A stretch of 64,000 nt of DNA from Candidatus Nanosyncoccus sp. (lineage in GTDB: Bacteria; Patescibacteriota; Saccharimonadia; Saccharimonadales; Saccharimonadaceae), in the NCBI GenBank assembly GCA_045649305.1, contig JAZRPR010000003.1:830-64829 (forward strand), given 5' to 3'. Positions 55,329 to 63,523 of this stretch are shown piece after piece (within the stretch, counting starts at the first letter, position 1; the number at the start of each line of letters is the position of its first letter). A model generated the notes under the pieces. The model was not told where the DNA came from, searched no databases, and saw only the letters and a program-made list of their open reading frames with translations. The translations under genes were made by a program, and so were the position numbers.

Positions 55329-55895
55329 ATGATTTATTTGACGTCAAATCCAGACAAAATGCGAGAAGCTAAGGAGTTCTTCGGGAAAAAATATGGTCTT
55401 GAGGTCGAAATACTAAATCCGGATTTCGAACCGGTGGAAATACAAGCCTCAACGTGCGCCGAAGTGGTCGCTTATACGGTTAAGGATGCCGCAAATCGAT
55501 TAGGAAAAGCGGTTGTAAAATCTGATGCCGGATTTTACGCCGATGCGCTCGGTGGGCTACCTGGCCCATATAGCAAGTTCTTTGATAGGCAGATTGGCGT
55601 AGAAAAATTTCTACATATGCTCAAAGATGAAACTAACCGTAAGGCAAAGATTGAGCATTGTTGGGCCTATTGTGAACCAGGTAAGGAACCAAAAGTATTT
55701 ATTGGCGGCAGCGAAGGCACGATTGCTATGGAAGAGTCTGGCAAAAGTAGTCGCTGGGTAGATAAATTCTTTATTCCCGATGGCGAGTCTAGGACAATTA
55801 GTGCCATTCGTGATGAAAATTATGAAGAGTCCAACAAATACTGGGGCAATGCAAAACAACAATTAGTCGATTATTTATTAAATAAGGAAAAGTAA
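55329..55895 (+). CDS. Ham1/ITPase-fold NTP pyrophosphatase, divergent
   Basis: TSNPDKMRE, VEIQ, SDAGF..DALGGLPGPYSK, F.G..EG.I. Start ATG 55329 after AAGGAG. Confidence 0.85.
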   Translation: MIYLTSNPDKMREAKEFFGKKYGLEVEILNPDFEPVEIQASTCAEVVAYTVKDAANRLGKAVVKSDAGFYADALGGLPGPYSKFFDRQIGVEKFLHMLKDETNRKAKIEHCWAYCEPGKEPKVFIGGSEGTIAMEESGKSSRWVDKFFIPDGESRTISAIRDENYEESNKYWGNAKQQLVDYLLNKEK

Positions 55896-55897
55896 GG

Positions 55898-57112
55898 ATG
55901 AAATATTCAATAAAAGACTATCCAGACAAAGATGGGTTTTATGGCAAATATGGGGGCAGATTTCTTTCTCCAGAAATGGATGAGGAATTTAAAAGAATAA
56001 ATGATTTTTATCAAAAAATAAGAAACGATGCTGAATTTATCAATGAACTAAAATATATAAGAAAACATTATCAGGGCCGCCCAACGCCAATTACGTATGC
56101 TAAGAATCTTAGTGATAAACTCGGCGGAGCTGCCATTTATTTAAAGCGCGAAGACCTTAACCACACTGGCGCCCATAAATTAAACCACGCTATGGCGTAT
56201 GCTTTAGTAGCCAAAAAGATGGGCAAAACAAAAATTATCGCTGACACCGGCGCTGGTCAACATGGTGTCGCAATGGCCGCCGCCGCAGCATACTTTGGCA
56301 TGGAATGTGATATTTATATGGGCAAAGTTGATGCGGAAAAAGAGGCACCAAACGTTGATCGTATGAAAATAATGGGCACGAATGTTATTGTGGTCGAAGA
56401 TGGAGCTGGCAAATTAATAGATGCCGCAGCCGCGTCTTTTGCGGCGTACGAAAAGGACTACAAGCGATGTTTTTATCCAATTGGTTCTGCACTCGGGCCA
56501 GCTCCAATTCCCCAAATGGTTAGAGATTTTCAGTCTATTGTCGGAATAGAAGCCAAAGAACAGTTTAAGGAAATGACTAATAATAGTCTGCCCGACAAAG
56601 TAATAGCTGTAGTCGGCGGCGGTTCTAACGCTATGGGGCTATTCAGCGGTTTTCTTGAAGAGGAAGATGTCGAACTTGTTGCAGCCGAGGCATTAGGCAG
56701 AATGAAGAACGGGGAAGAAGAGCGGGTAGGGGAACATGCGGCAACGGCCACATATGGCGAGTACCGTACGATGAGTGGGTTTAAAAGTTTAGCTTTGGCC
56801 AACGAAGATGGAACTCCGCACCCTGCATACTCTGTTGCATCCGGCCTTGACTACCCGGGCCTTGGGCCAGAATTGGCATACCTTAAAGAATTGGGCAAAG
56901 TCCATTTTGAAACAATAAATGACGAGGAAGCGATTGGTGCATTCTACCAACTGTCAAAAACCGAAGGAATAATCCCTGCTTTAGAGTCTTCTCATGCGCT
57001 AGCGCTAGCTATGAAAATGGCCCCAAGCCATCCAGGAGAAGCATTCCTAGTAAATCTTTCCGGACGTGGCGACAAGGATATAGACTTCGTATTAAACGAA
57101 TACCGTCAATAA
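55898..57112 (+). CDS. trpB: Tryptophan synthase beta-subunit homologue (TrpB1-type), Asp at the Glu109 position
   Basis: LKREDLNHTGAHKLN (PLP Lys94), ADTGAGQHG, GGGSNA, GLDYPG.GPE, IPALESSHA, NLSGRGDKD. Confidence 0.9.
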   Translation: MKYSIKDYPDKDGFYGKYGGRFLSPEMDEEFKRINDFYQKIRNDAEFINELKYIRKHYQGRPTPITYAKNLSDKLGGAAIYLKREDLNHTGAHKLNHAMAYALVAKKMGKTKIIADTGAGQHGVAMAAAAAYFGMECDIYMGKVDAEKEAPNVDRMKIMGTNVIVVEDGAGKLIDAAAASFAAYEKDYKRCFYPIGSALGPAPIPQMVRDFQSIVGIEAKEQFKEMTNNSLPDKVIAVVGGGSNAMGLFSGFLEEEDVELVAAEALGRMKNGEEERVGEHAATATYGEYRTMSGFKSLALANEDGTPHPAYSVASGLDYPGLGPELAYLKELGKVHFETINDEEAIGAFYQLSKTEGIIPALESSHALALAMKMAPSHPGEAFLVNLSGRGDKDIDFVLNEYRQ

Positions 57113-57274
57113 TCAAGAATATAGTTAATTGGTTGCAGCAAACGACAAGTTAATTATTTTGATGACTATGAGCATGTTTGTGAAAACTTGCAAAATATGC
57201 TATAATATAGGACATAGGATTGGCATTCTGGCAATTTAGCAACGAGATTACGTTAAGGGGAGGTGACGCTATCT

Positions 57275-57862
57275 ATGTCCAGAGAACGAAAGAGGGTGCC
57301 CGAGGGGATTGTATTTTTCTCAGGGTATCATGGTGTCGGAAAGACATATACCGCAACTGCCATGCTCGAAAGTTTTAACGCCAGAATTATAGATTGTGGA
57401 CCACTTATACGGACTCTCTTTAATGAAAGTGGCTTTAATTCTTTCGAAGGCTGGGCGCAGAATATGAAACTAAGACTCGGCTGTAAATGGGACGACGAGC
57501 TACTACTTACGGCCATCAAAGACCGTATTTCTTCAGAAGAGTTACTGTTCATAGTGGGCAACAGAGACATCGAAACTATTCTGTTTCTGTCAGAAAGATT
57601 GCCGCACAAGAATCCGTCGTTGATTCTTTATCTAGAGAAGCCAGTTCCAGTAATAAAAGGTGGGTATGAGCTACGTACAAAAGCGACCTTGACGGATAAA
57701 GAATTTGAAAAAATCTTGCATTCTGGACCGGACAAAAAACTTGGCTTAGTTAGGCAATATGTTGTCGAACATCCAGAGCACTGTAGGCTTATCTACGAGG
57801 AAACTTACGGCAACAATTCGATTGCAGAGGCTATAGCCTTTGTAAAGGAAAAATATCAGTGA
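57275..57862 (+). CDS. P-loop nucleoside/nucleotide-kinase-like protein
   Basis: FFSGYHGVGKT, then IIDCGPLIR. Own TGcTATAAT promoter and GGGGAGG SD; ATG 57275 preferred. Confidence 0.65.
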   Translation: MSRERKRVPEGIVFFSGYHGVGKTYTATAMLESFNARIIDCGPLIRTLFNESGFNSFEGWAQNMKLRLGCKWDDELLLTAIKDRISSEELLFIVGNRDIETILFLSERLPHKNPSLILYLEKPVPVIKGGYELRTKATLTDKEFEKILHSGPDKKLGLVRQYVVEHPEHCRLIYEETYGNNSIAEAIAFVKEKYQ

Positions 57863-57873
57863 ATGCCATTCTC

Positions 57874-57902
57874 AACACGGGAGACTTCTCCCGTGTTTTT
57901 TT
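57874..57902 (+). terminator. Intrinsic terminator
   Basis: AACACGGGAG-actt-CTCCCGTGTT + T-run. Confidence 0.8.
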
Positions 57903-57992
57903 ATCTACTAAAAATTGTATTTATTTCTTAAAAAATCTTTGTGCTTATGATATAATCAAAACATAAACAATAATACTCCTGGTGTGGAGTAA

Positions 57993-58574
57993 GTGGAGGA
58001 AAAAATGAATAAAAAGAAACGCGCGCTCGTCGCGGCGCTTGTCGTAAGCGGTATCGCCGTAGTTGGTTTGGCTGCCGTAGTTTACGCAAAATATATCTCG
58101 TCGATCACCAAGACCGGTACGGCTACGGTTGCAAAGTGGGCGTTCACGACAGATAACACGGATGGCGGTGTTGTTACCTGCGACCCTACGCAGACGTACA
58201 CCGCGGCCACTCTCGATAATGGCAAGATCGCACCTGGCACATCTGGTGAATGTCAGATTTCGGTTTCTAATGCGACTTCCGAGGTTGGCATTAGATACGA
58301 AATTACACCGTCCGCTACAGGCAAACCAACACACCTAAAACTATGTGCGGATTCGAGTTGTAATACTGAGGTTGATAGCACTCATCCAGTAACGGGCACT
58401 TTGGCTCCGAAGGCAGCCGCTACGCCCGTTACGATCTACTGGGTCTGGCCTTACGAAGACAATCCGAGCACTGCGGCATACGACGCTATCGATACGACGG
58501 ATGGCACAGCTGGCAGTACTATGACTATCACTTTTGATATAACCGGCATTCAACTTCAGCCAGTTGCTCAGTAG
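57993..58574 (+). CDS. TasA/camelysin-like secreted subunit with SipW-type leader
   Basis: Basic-hydrophobic leader ending VYAKY; TGTATVAKW; KIAPG; WVWPYE...DT.DG. Confidence 0.6.
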   Translation: MEEKMNKKKRALVAALVVSGIAVVGLAAVVYAKYISSITKTGTATVAKWAFTTDNTDGGVVTCDPTQTYTAATLDNGKIAPGTSGECQISVSNATSEVGIRYEITPSATGKPTHLKLCADSSCNTEVDSTHPVTGTLAPKAAATPVTIYWVWPYEDNPSTAAYDAIDTTDGTAGSTMTITFDITGIQLQPVAQ

Positions 58575-58660
58575 TTATTTTGTGGAGACTTTTAGCCTCC
58601 ACATGGGTAATGAATTGTATTGATTTTCCATGTGGGGGCTAAAGAAAGATTAGTGGAGTA

Positions 58661-59392
58661 ATGGAGAGACAAAAGCGAAGGAATAATAATAGAATTCTGC
58701 TCACGGCCGTAATCTTATTATTGATAACGGTCGGCGTTTTGTTGTGGCTCCTCTTAAAACCAAGCAAGATCCCAACGGGTCACGTCGACGTGTTCGACAT
58801 TCGAATTGGCATTATTTGCCGAAATTGGAACGGCTCAAGCTGTTATGATGATGAGGACGACTTCATCCCACATGTTACGCCTGGCAGAAGAAAAGCGGAC
58901 AACAGTGAAGAGAAGAAAATTAACGGCGATACCGACACCGACGTCGAGCGAGAGGGGATCGTTTACGTCGACGATAAAAACGGCCGCTATACCTATCAAA
59001 AGACTCTGAAAATCTTCGAAAATGCCACCTTTGAATACACGAACAAGATTGCGCCTGGCGTATCTAATTCTTATGATTTCAAGGTACACAATGAGACGGA
59101 AAATACGATTCGCTACAACATCGAATTCACAGAAGATTCGGAGTATGCCATCAACATGCGCTACCGCCTCAAGCGTGCCGGTAATTATATCGTCGGTAAC
59201 GATTTCACATGGGTCAGCGCAAGCGAACTCGCTTCGGCATTCAAAGAACTTGCGATGGACGGCGTAGACAGCTACACCCTAGATTGGGAATGGCCATACG
59301 AAAGCGGCCGCGATGCGCTAGACACGGAGATCGGCGAAAAAATGGCGTCCGAATATAGCTTAGAAATTAAAATAAACTTCGAGGAGGTGTAG
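58661..59392 (+). CDS. Membrane-anchored paralogue of the 57993 protein
   Basis: Uncleaved-looking TM; shares KIAPG.S..Y...V.N, RY.I and W.WPYE...DT..G with 57993. Confidence 0.6.
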   Translation: MERQKRRNNNRILLTAVILLLITVGVLLWLLLKPSKIPTGHVDVFDIRIGIICRNWNGSSCYDDEDDFIPHVTPGRRKADNSEEKKINGDTDTDVEREGIVYVDDKNGRYTYQKTLKIFENATFEYTNKIAPGVSNSYDFKVHNETENTIRYNIEFTEDSEYAINMRYRLKRAGNYIVGNDFTWVSASELASAFKELAMDGVDSYTLDWEWPYESGRDALDTEIGEKMASEYSLEIKINFEEV

Positions 59393-59393
59393 G

Positions 59394-59906
59394 ATGAGGA
59401 AGCGCAGAATTCTTAAACCACTACACCGCCGCGCTATCCCAGTTGCTTTCGTATGTTGTTTAATGATTGTCGGGGTGAGTTCGGCCAAGATGTCGACCGA
59501 TACTCCAATTTCTAGAACCGGCGAAGCGCATATCGCCGAATGGGATGTTGCCCTCTCTTCATCCGGCAGTGGCAGTATGACGCTAGACGCCGGCGGCCTT
59601 TCACAGTCTTACTCCCTCACGGTAACGAATAATTCAGAGGTATCAAGTACATATAGCATCAAAGTATCCAATATCCCAGCTGACGTCAAAATCGGCCTAG
59701 ACATCTCGTCCGCTAGCGACATGGTAACACCAGTCAGCGGCGAGGTTATCTTCACAAATACTGGCGCGGCCCTAGATTATAGTTCACCAGGCAATACCAG
59801 GGTACATACATTAACCCTAGCAGCGGAGCCAACGGCAAACGTCACCCAGAGCAGTGTCAGCATGTCGATTGAAGTGGTATTCACGCAGGAGGACCCACGA
59901 CTATGA
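59394..59906 (+). CDS. Secreted TasA-like minor subunit
   Basis: Basic-hydrophobic leader ending SSAKM; TGEAHIAEW parallels TGTATVAKW; VTNNSEV...Y.I. Confidence 0.55.
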   Translation: MRKRRILKPLHRRAIPVAFVCCLMIVGVSSAKMSTDTPISRTGEAHIAEWDVALSSSGSGSMTLDAGGLSQSYSLTVTNNSEVSSTYSIKVSNIPADVKIGLDISSASDMVTPVSGEVIFTNTGAALDYSSPGNTRVHTLTLAAEPTANVTQSSVSMSIEVVFTQEDPRL

Positions 59907-61885
59907 TCAGAAGGCGCCGCCTCATATCTGGAACTCTAGCAGCAGTACTAGGCTTTTTGTGTGTTGGCGCCGTTCAAGCTAAATATATCGAGAGTAAAAC
60001 CTTGACGGTATCACTAGATATCGAAAAACACTACCAAGTCGCCTTTGATGCAAACGGCGGCACTGGCTCAATGGCAAACCAACAATTTACATCTGGCGTC
60101 TCCCAAGCACTAACAACAAACACATATACCTATATGGGGTATTACTTTAATGGCTGGAATACTAGTGCAGACGGTAACGGCACATCTTATGCGGACGAAG
60201 AATTGATTTCTACAGATCTCACAAATGTTGGTGGTAGCGTTGTTATGCTCTACGCTCAATGGACAGAAGATGCCATGCAAAATGTATTCAGGATTGACGG
60301 CACCTGTGTATTCCATGGCTACGACATTCAGCAGGGTACTGGCGATGGCTATATTACCGGCACCAATTGTGTAGCGGGCGGTACTGACTGGGCAGATGGC
60401 ACGCACAAATATATCGATACCGGCTACAAACTCTACGACTCCACGAATTATGAAAAGGATTTTGAAGTTGGGTTCACCATTACAGCCTACGACTCAGACC
60501 ACCAATATAAAGGAACGGATACTTCCTCTCAAGCAACCTTCTTTAATTCTAAATTAGAAAATGAAAGCAGACACTGGCCTGGCATAGTAGTTCGTAAGAG
60601 CGGAAATAAAATCGAAATCACAGAAACCATCACCGCAAATGGTACTAGCGACAAGAAAGCTGCCAGCTTCGCGAACACGACGCCAGTAAAGGTCGTAGTC
60701 ACGAGAGTAGACGGCATAATCTACTATTCGGTCAATGGCGGAGCGTTTACCTTGTTGCAGGACATCAATGGCACTTCAGACTATTTCGACGTAAACGCTT
60801 GGTTTGGCGCCGCTGCCAAAGACGACGGGACACCAATGCGTTATATTGACGCCACTATGACGGATATCTACATTAAAGTCGGTGACACTGGCGCAAATAA
60901 ACATACCGTCAGCTTTGACGCTAGAGGCGTCGTTTCGGATCCATCAGATGTTACGGTCATTAGCTCCAGCAAGCTTGGCGATAAACTGCCAAGTATGCCG
61001 AACCATGTAGATACGCAAGACGGTCGCTTGTACTTCATTGGCTGGTATAGCGGTGTCGATGGTACGGGCGAGAAATATGATGAAAACATCATAATTAACC
61101 GCGATATCACACTTTATGCCTATTGGAATGACGAGTTGATTCTATGTAGTATTAATAATGGCAATACACACGGCGACCTGCAGGATTGTATCGATGAAGC
61201 TAACACGGGAGACACAATCACTCTACTTGATAATACTAAGGGACATGACATATTAGTAGATAGCAACAAAGACATCACGCTTGATTTGAACGGCTTCACG
61301 CTTAGCAACGATGTCACAACCAGCAGACCAGTCATCGTGAACCGCGGCAAATTAACAGTGATAAACGGTACAGTTTCATCTGCCGCCAGCGCCGGTGTAT
61401 TTAACAACGAAGACGTCGGCGAGCTCACAATCGGAAATGGCGCACGCATCATAGCGACGGGCACAAGGCAAGGTATTTACAATGACGGCGCCAAACTAGT
61501 GATTAGTGATGGTGCATACATCAGCGCAACGGCCAGCGCTCGTGCTACGGTGCAAAACCACGGTAACGGCCAATTGATAATCACGGGCGGCACTATTATC
61601 TCAACCCGTCAAGAAGCAGTCAAAGTTGAGGGTGGTACGGCGGTAATCGGCGTCGAAGACGGTGTAGCGGATAGAACTACCCCAATCCTCCAAGGTGCGA
61701 CCTACGGCCTCAATACCAGTGTCAACGTCTCGATGTTTGATGGTACGTTAAGAGGCGGCACGGCCGCAGTCAACAACGCCAGCCACATCACCGCAACCGA
61801 ATCTGGCGCCACATCGGTCGGTATCGACTCGGTAGTCACCGAAGTAATCGACGGCGTAACCTACGAGATAATTTATTATCAATAA
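59903..61885 (+). CDS. Secreted adhesin-like protein with InlB B-type repeats and beta-rich C-terminus
   Basis: Leader ending VQAKY; YQVAFDANGGTGSM...GYYFNGWNT..DG.G repeat; second repeat at HTVSFDA; overlaps the previous stop. Confidence 0.65.
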   Translation: MIRRRRLISGTLAAVLGFLCVGAVQAKYIESKTLTVSLDIEKHYQVAFDANGGTGSMANQQFTSGVSQALTTNTYTYMGYYFNGWNTSADGNGTSYADEELISTDLTNVGGSVVMLYAQWTEDAMQNVFRIDGTCVFHGYDIQQGTGDGYITGTNCVAGGTDWADGTHKYIDTGYKLYDSTNYEKDFEVGFTITAYDSDHQYKGTDTSSQATFFNSKLENESRHWPGIVVRKSGNKIEITETITANGTSDKKAASFANTTPVKVVVTRVDGIIYYSVNGGAFTLLQDINGTSDYFDVNAWFGAAAKDDGTPMRYIDATMTDIYIKVGDTGANKHTVSFDARGVVSDPSDVTVISSSKLGDKLPSMPNHVDTQDGRLYFIGWYSGVDGTGEKYDENIIINRDITLYAYWNDELILCSINNGNTHGDLQDCIDEANTGDTITLLDNTKGHDILVDSNKDITLDLNGFTLSNDVTTSRPVIVNRGKLTVINGTVSSAASAGVFNNEDVGELTIGNGARIIATGTRQGIYNDGAKLVISDGAYISATASARATVQNHGNGQLIITGGTIISTRQEAVKVEGGTAVIGVEDGVADRTTPILQGATYGLNTSVNVSMFDGTLRGGTAAVNNASHITATESGATSVGIDSVVTEVIDGVTYEIIYYQ

Positions 61886-62536
61886 TTATTGACCAAGTAT
61901 TTTTTGGTCGCCTCCATCTATGACGACAGCTGCTCTTTGGTTTAGCAGCAAAGCCTTAAGGCCGGCCTTTTCGATACGTTCTTGATAGAGCTTGGTCGCT
62001 TCGGCATGGTCCGGGATATCAGCGTGAGCGATAATATATTGGTCGATTAGTCCAAGCCCACTATATATAGGGTCTACCCCATAGATTTCCGGTACCGCTT
62101 CTGGCATAAGATGATCGTGGCCATAATATTTCAAAGTGTCGGCTGCCAACATGGCTCCGGCGCTGTTGCCTCCGTAGACATATTTGTCCTGTTTTAAATC
62201 ATTTCGAACAATCTCATCAAAACCACTCAAATGGCAAGCCGCCGCCAAAAGAAACACATTCCCACCAATCGCAAAAATCAAATCCGGCTGGTAAGAATCG
62301 ACAAATGCGGCTAGTTCATCTTGCTTGCCAAAATATGCCCTAAGATCCAGCTCTTTTGCCTCGATACCCGCTTGCATCATCACTGCTAATTTGCTAGACA
62401 CATCGGACGCTCTTTTTTCGTCCGGATAATAATCGCGAGCATTTGTGATAATTAGCGCTTTACGCCCTGAGCCCATTAAGCTAAGTAATTCATTTTGATA
62501 GTCGCCAAAGTCGTGGCTAGTTAGAAATAGTCTCAT
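61886..62536 (-). CDS. Peptidase S51 (dipeptidase E-like)
   Basis: MRLFLTS, IGGNVFLL, YGGNSAGA (nucleophile), GLGL, HAD. ATG 62536 is 6 nt after TGtTACAAT. Confidence 0.85.
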   Translation of the reverse strand: MRLFLTSHDFGDYQNELLSLMGSGRKALIITNARDYYPDEKRASDVSSKLAVMMQAGIEAKELDLRAYFGKQDELAAFVDSYQPDLIFAIGGNVFLLAAACHLSGFDEIVRNDLKQDKYVYGGNSAGAMLAADTLKYYGHDHLMPEAVPEIYGVDPIYSGLGLIDQYIIAHADIPDHAEATKLYQERIEKAGLKALLLNQRAAVVIDGGDQKILGQ

Positions 62537-62668
62537 ACGACGATTGTAACACACAGAAAAAAGCCCCTGCAAACTGCAGGAGCTTTTAGGTTTAGAGTAA
62601 GTAACTTCATTATATTGAAGTTTTTTCCGCTCCTATGTTAAAATAAAGCCATAAGGAGTATTTTTTAA

Positions 62669-63436
62669 ATGAACGAAACCTCAGAAAACAAATCCGAAAC
62701 GCTCGAAGACAAAATTCAAGCCGTCAGCGCTCCGGTAACTGCGAGCGAAACCAAAGTTAAGTGTGGCACCGGATGGAAAATCGCTACCATTGTCCTCGCT
62801 ATTTTTGCCATCATTGGCTGTGGCGGCCTCTGCTACCTATTCTTTGTAGATGGCTCGACCAGCCTACTTGGCCGCACGATCACTTCCGGCAAAACCACCA
62901 AAGAAGAACCAAAGGATGAGCCAAAAAAGGACGAGCCAAAGAAAGATGAGCCAAAATATGATGGCAAAATCTCTTTCTCGCAAGATCCTAACAATGATAC
63001 TTGGTATTTCCTCTTCGAAGAACTGTTTATCCGTCTCGATGGCTGGGGCGGTAGAGTCACAGACTACGAATATACAGAAGGCTACGGCGGCCTCCGCAGG
63101 CTCCGTCTCTGGTATCATACTTGTCTAGAAGGCGATGACTGCGACGATACTCCAAGCTTCGCCACCAAAGAAGGCAACGAATACGGTCTTGCCGAAATTG
63201 AAATCTTCGATGGCCTCGAAAATGTCCCAGAAGATGCTACAAATCGCAAATATGTTGGCACTGTAAACGGGGACAAAGAAATTTATGTTCAAGTCTTCGA
63301 CAAAGAATGGCATGAGCGACACGATATTACGGTTCCTGGCGATGACGCATACGAGCAAAGATGGCTCAATGACGACGCCAAACAACTAGGAGAGATCTTG
63401 GGCAATATCCAAAACTACACCGGCACCGACTACTAA
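62669..63436 (+). CDS. Single-pass membrane protein with (K)DEPK repeats, unknown function
   Basis: TM WKIATIVLAIFAIIGCGGLCYLFF; tandem EPK(K)D; acidic ectodomain. Confidence 0.7.
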   Translation: MNETSENKSETLEDKIQAVSAPVTASETKVKCGTGWKIATIVLAIFAIIGCGGLCYLFFVDGSTSLLGRTITSGKTTKEEPKDEPKKDEPKKDEPKYDGKISFSQDPNNDTWYFLFEELFIRLDGWGGRVTDYEYTEGYGGLRRLRLWYHTCLEGDDCDDTPSFATKEGNEYGLAEIEIFDGLENVPEDATNRKYVGTVNGDKEIYVQVFDKEWHERHDITVPGDDAYEQRWLNDDAKQLGEILGNIQNYTGTDY

Positions 63437-63442
63437 AGTCTT

Positions 63443-63474
63443 AAAAACCGGCCCTTTTAAGGGGCCGGTTTTTT
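63443..63474 (+). terminator. Intrinsic terminator
   Basis: AAAAACCGGCCC / GGGCCGGTTTTT + T-run. Confidence 0.8.
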
Positions 63475-63523
63475 GTTAAAATCATACTTCCGTGCAAAAA
63501 AAGTTATGCTAAAATAAAAATAT

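Noticed and set aside
55898-57112. trpB as evidence of de novo tryptophan biosynthesis
   Set aside because: No trpA/C/D/E/F/G in the window, and the catalytic Glu is replaced.
54032-57902. Calling the tRNA-Val-adjacent region an integrative mobile element
   Set aside because: No integrase and no duplicated tRNA-Val 3' end were found; only position and composition hint at acquisition.
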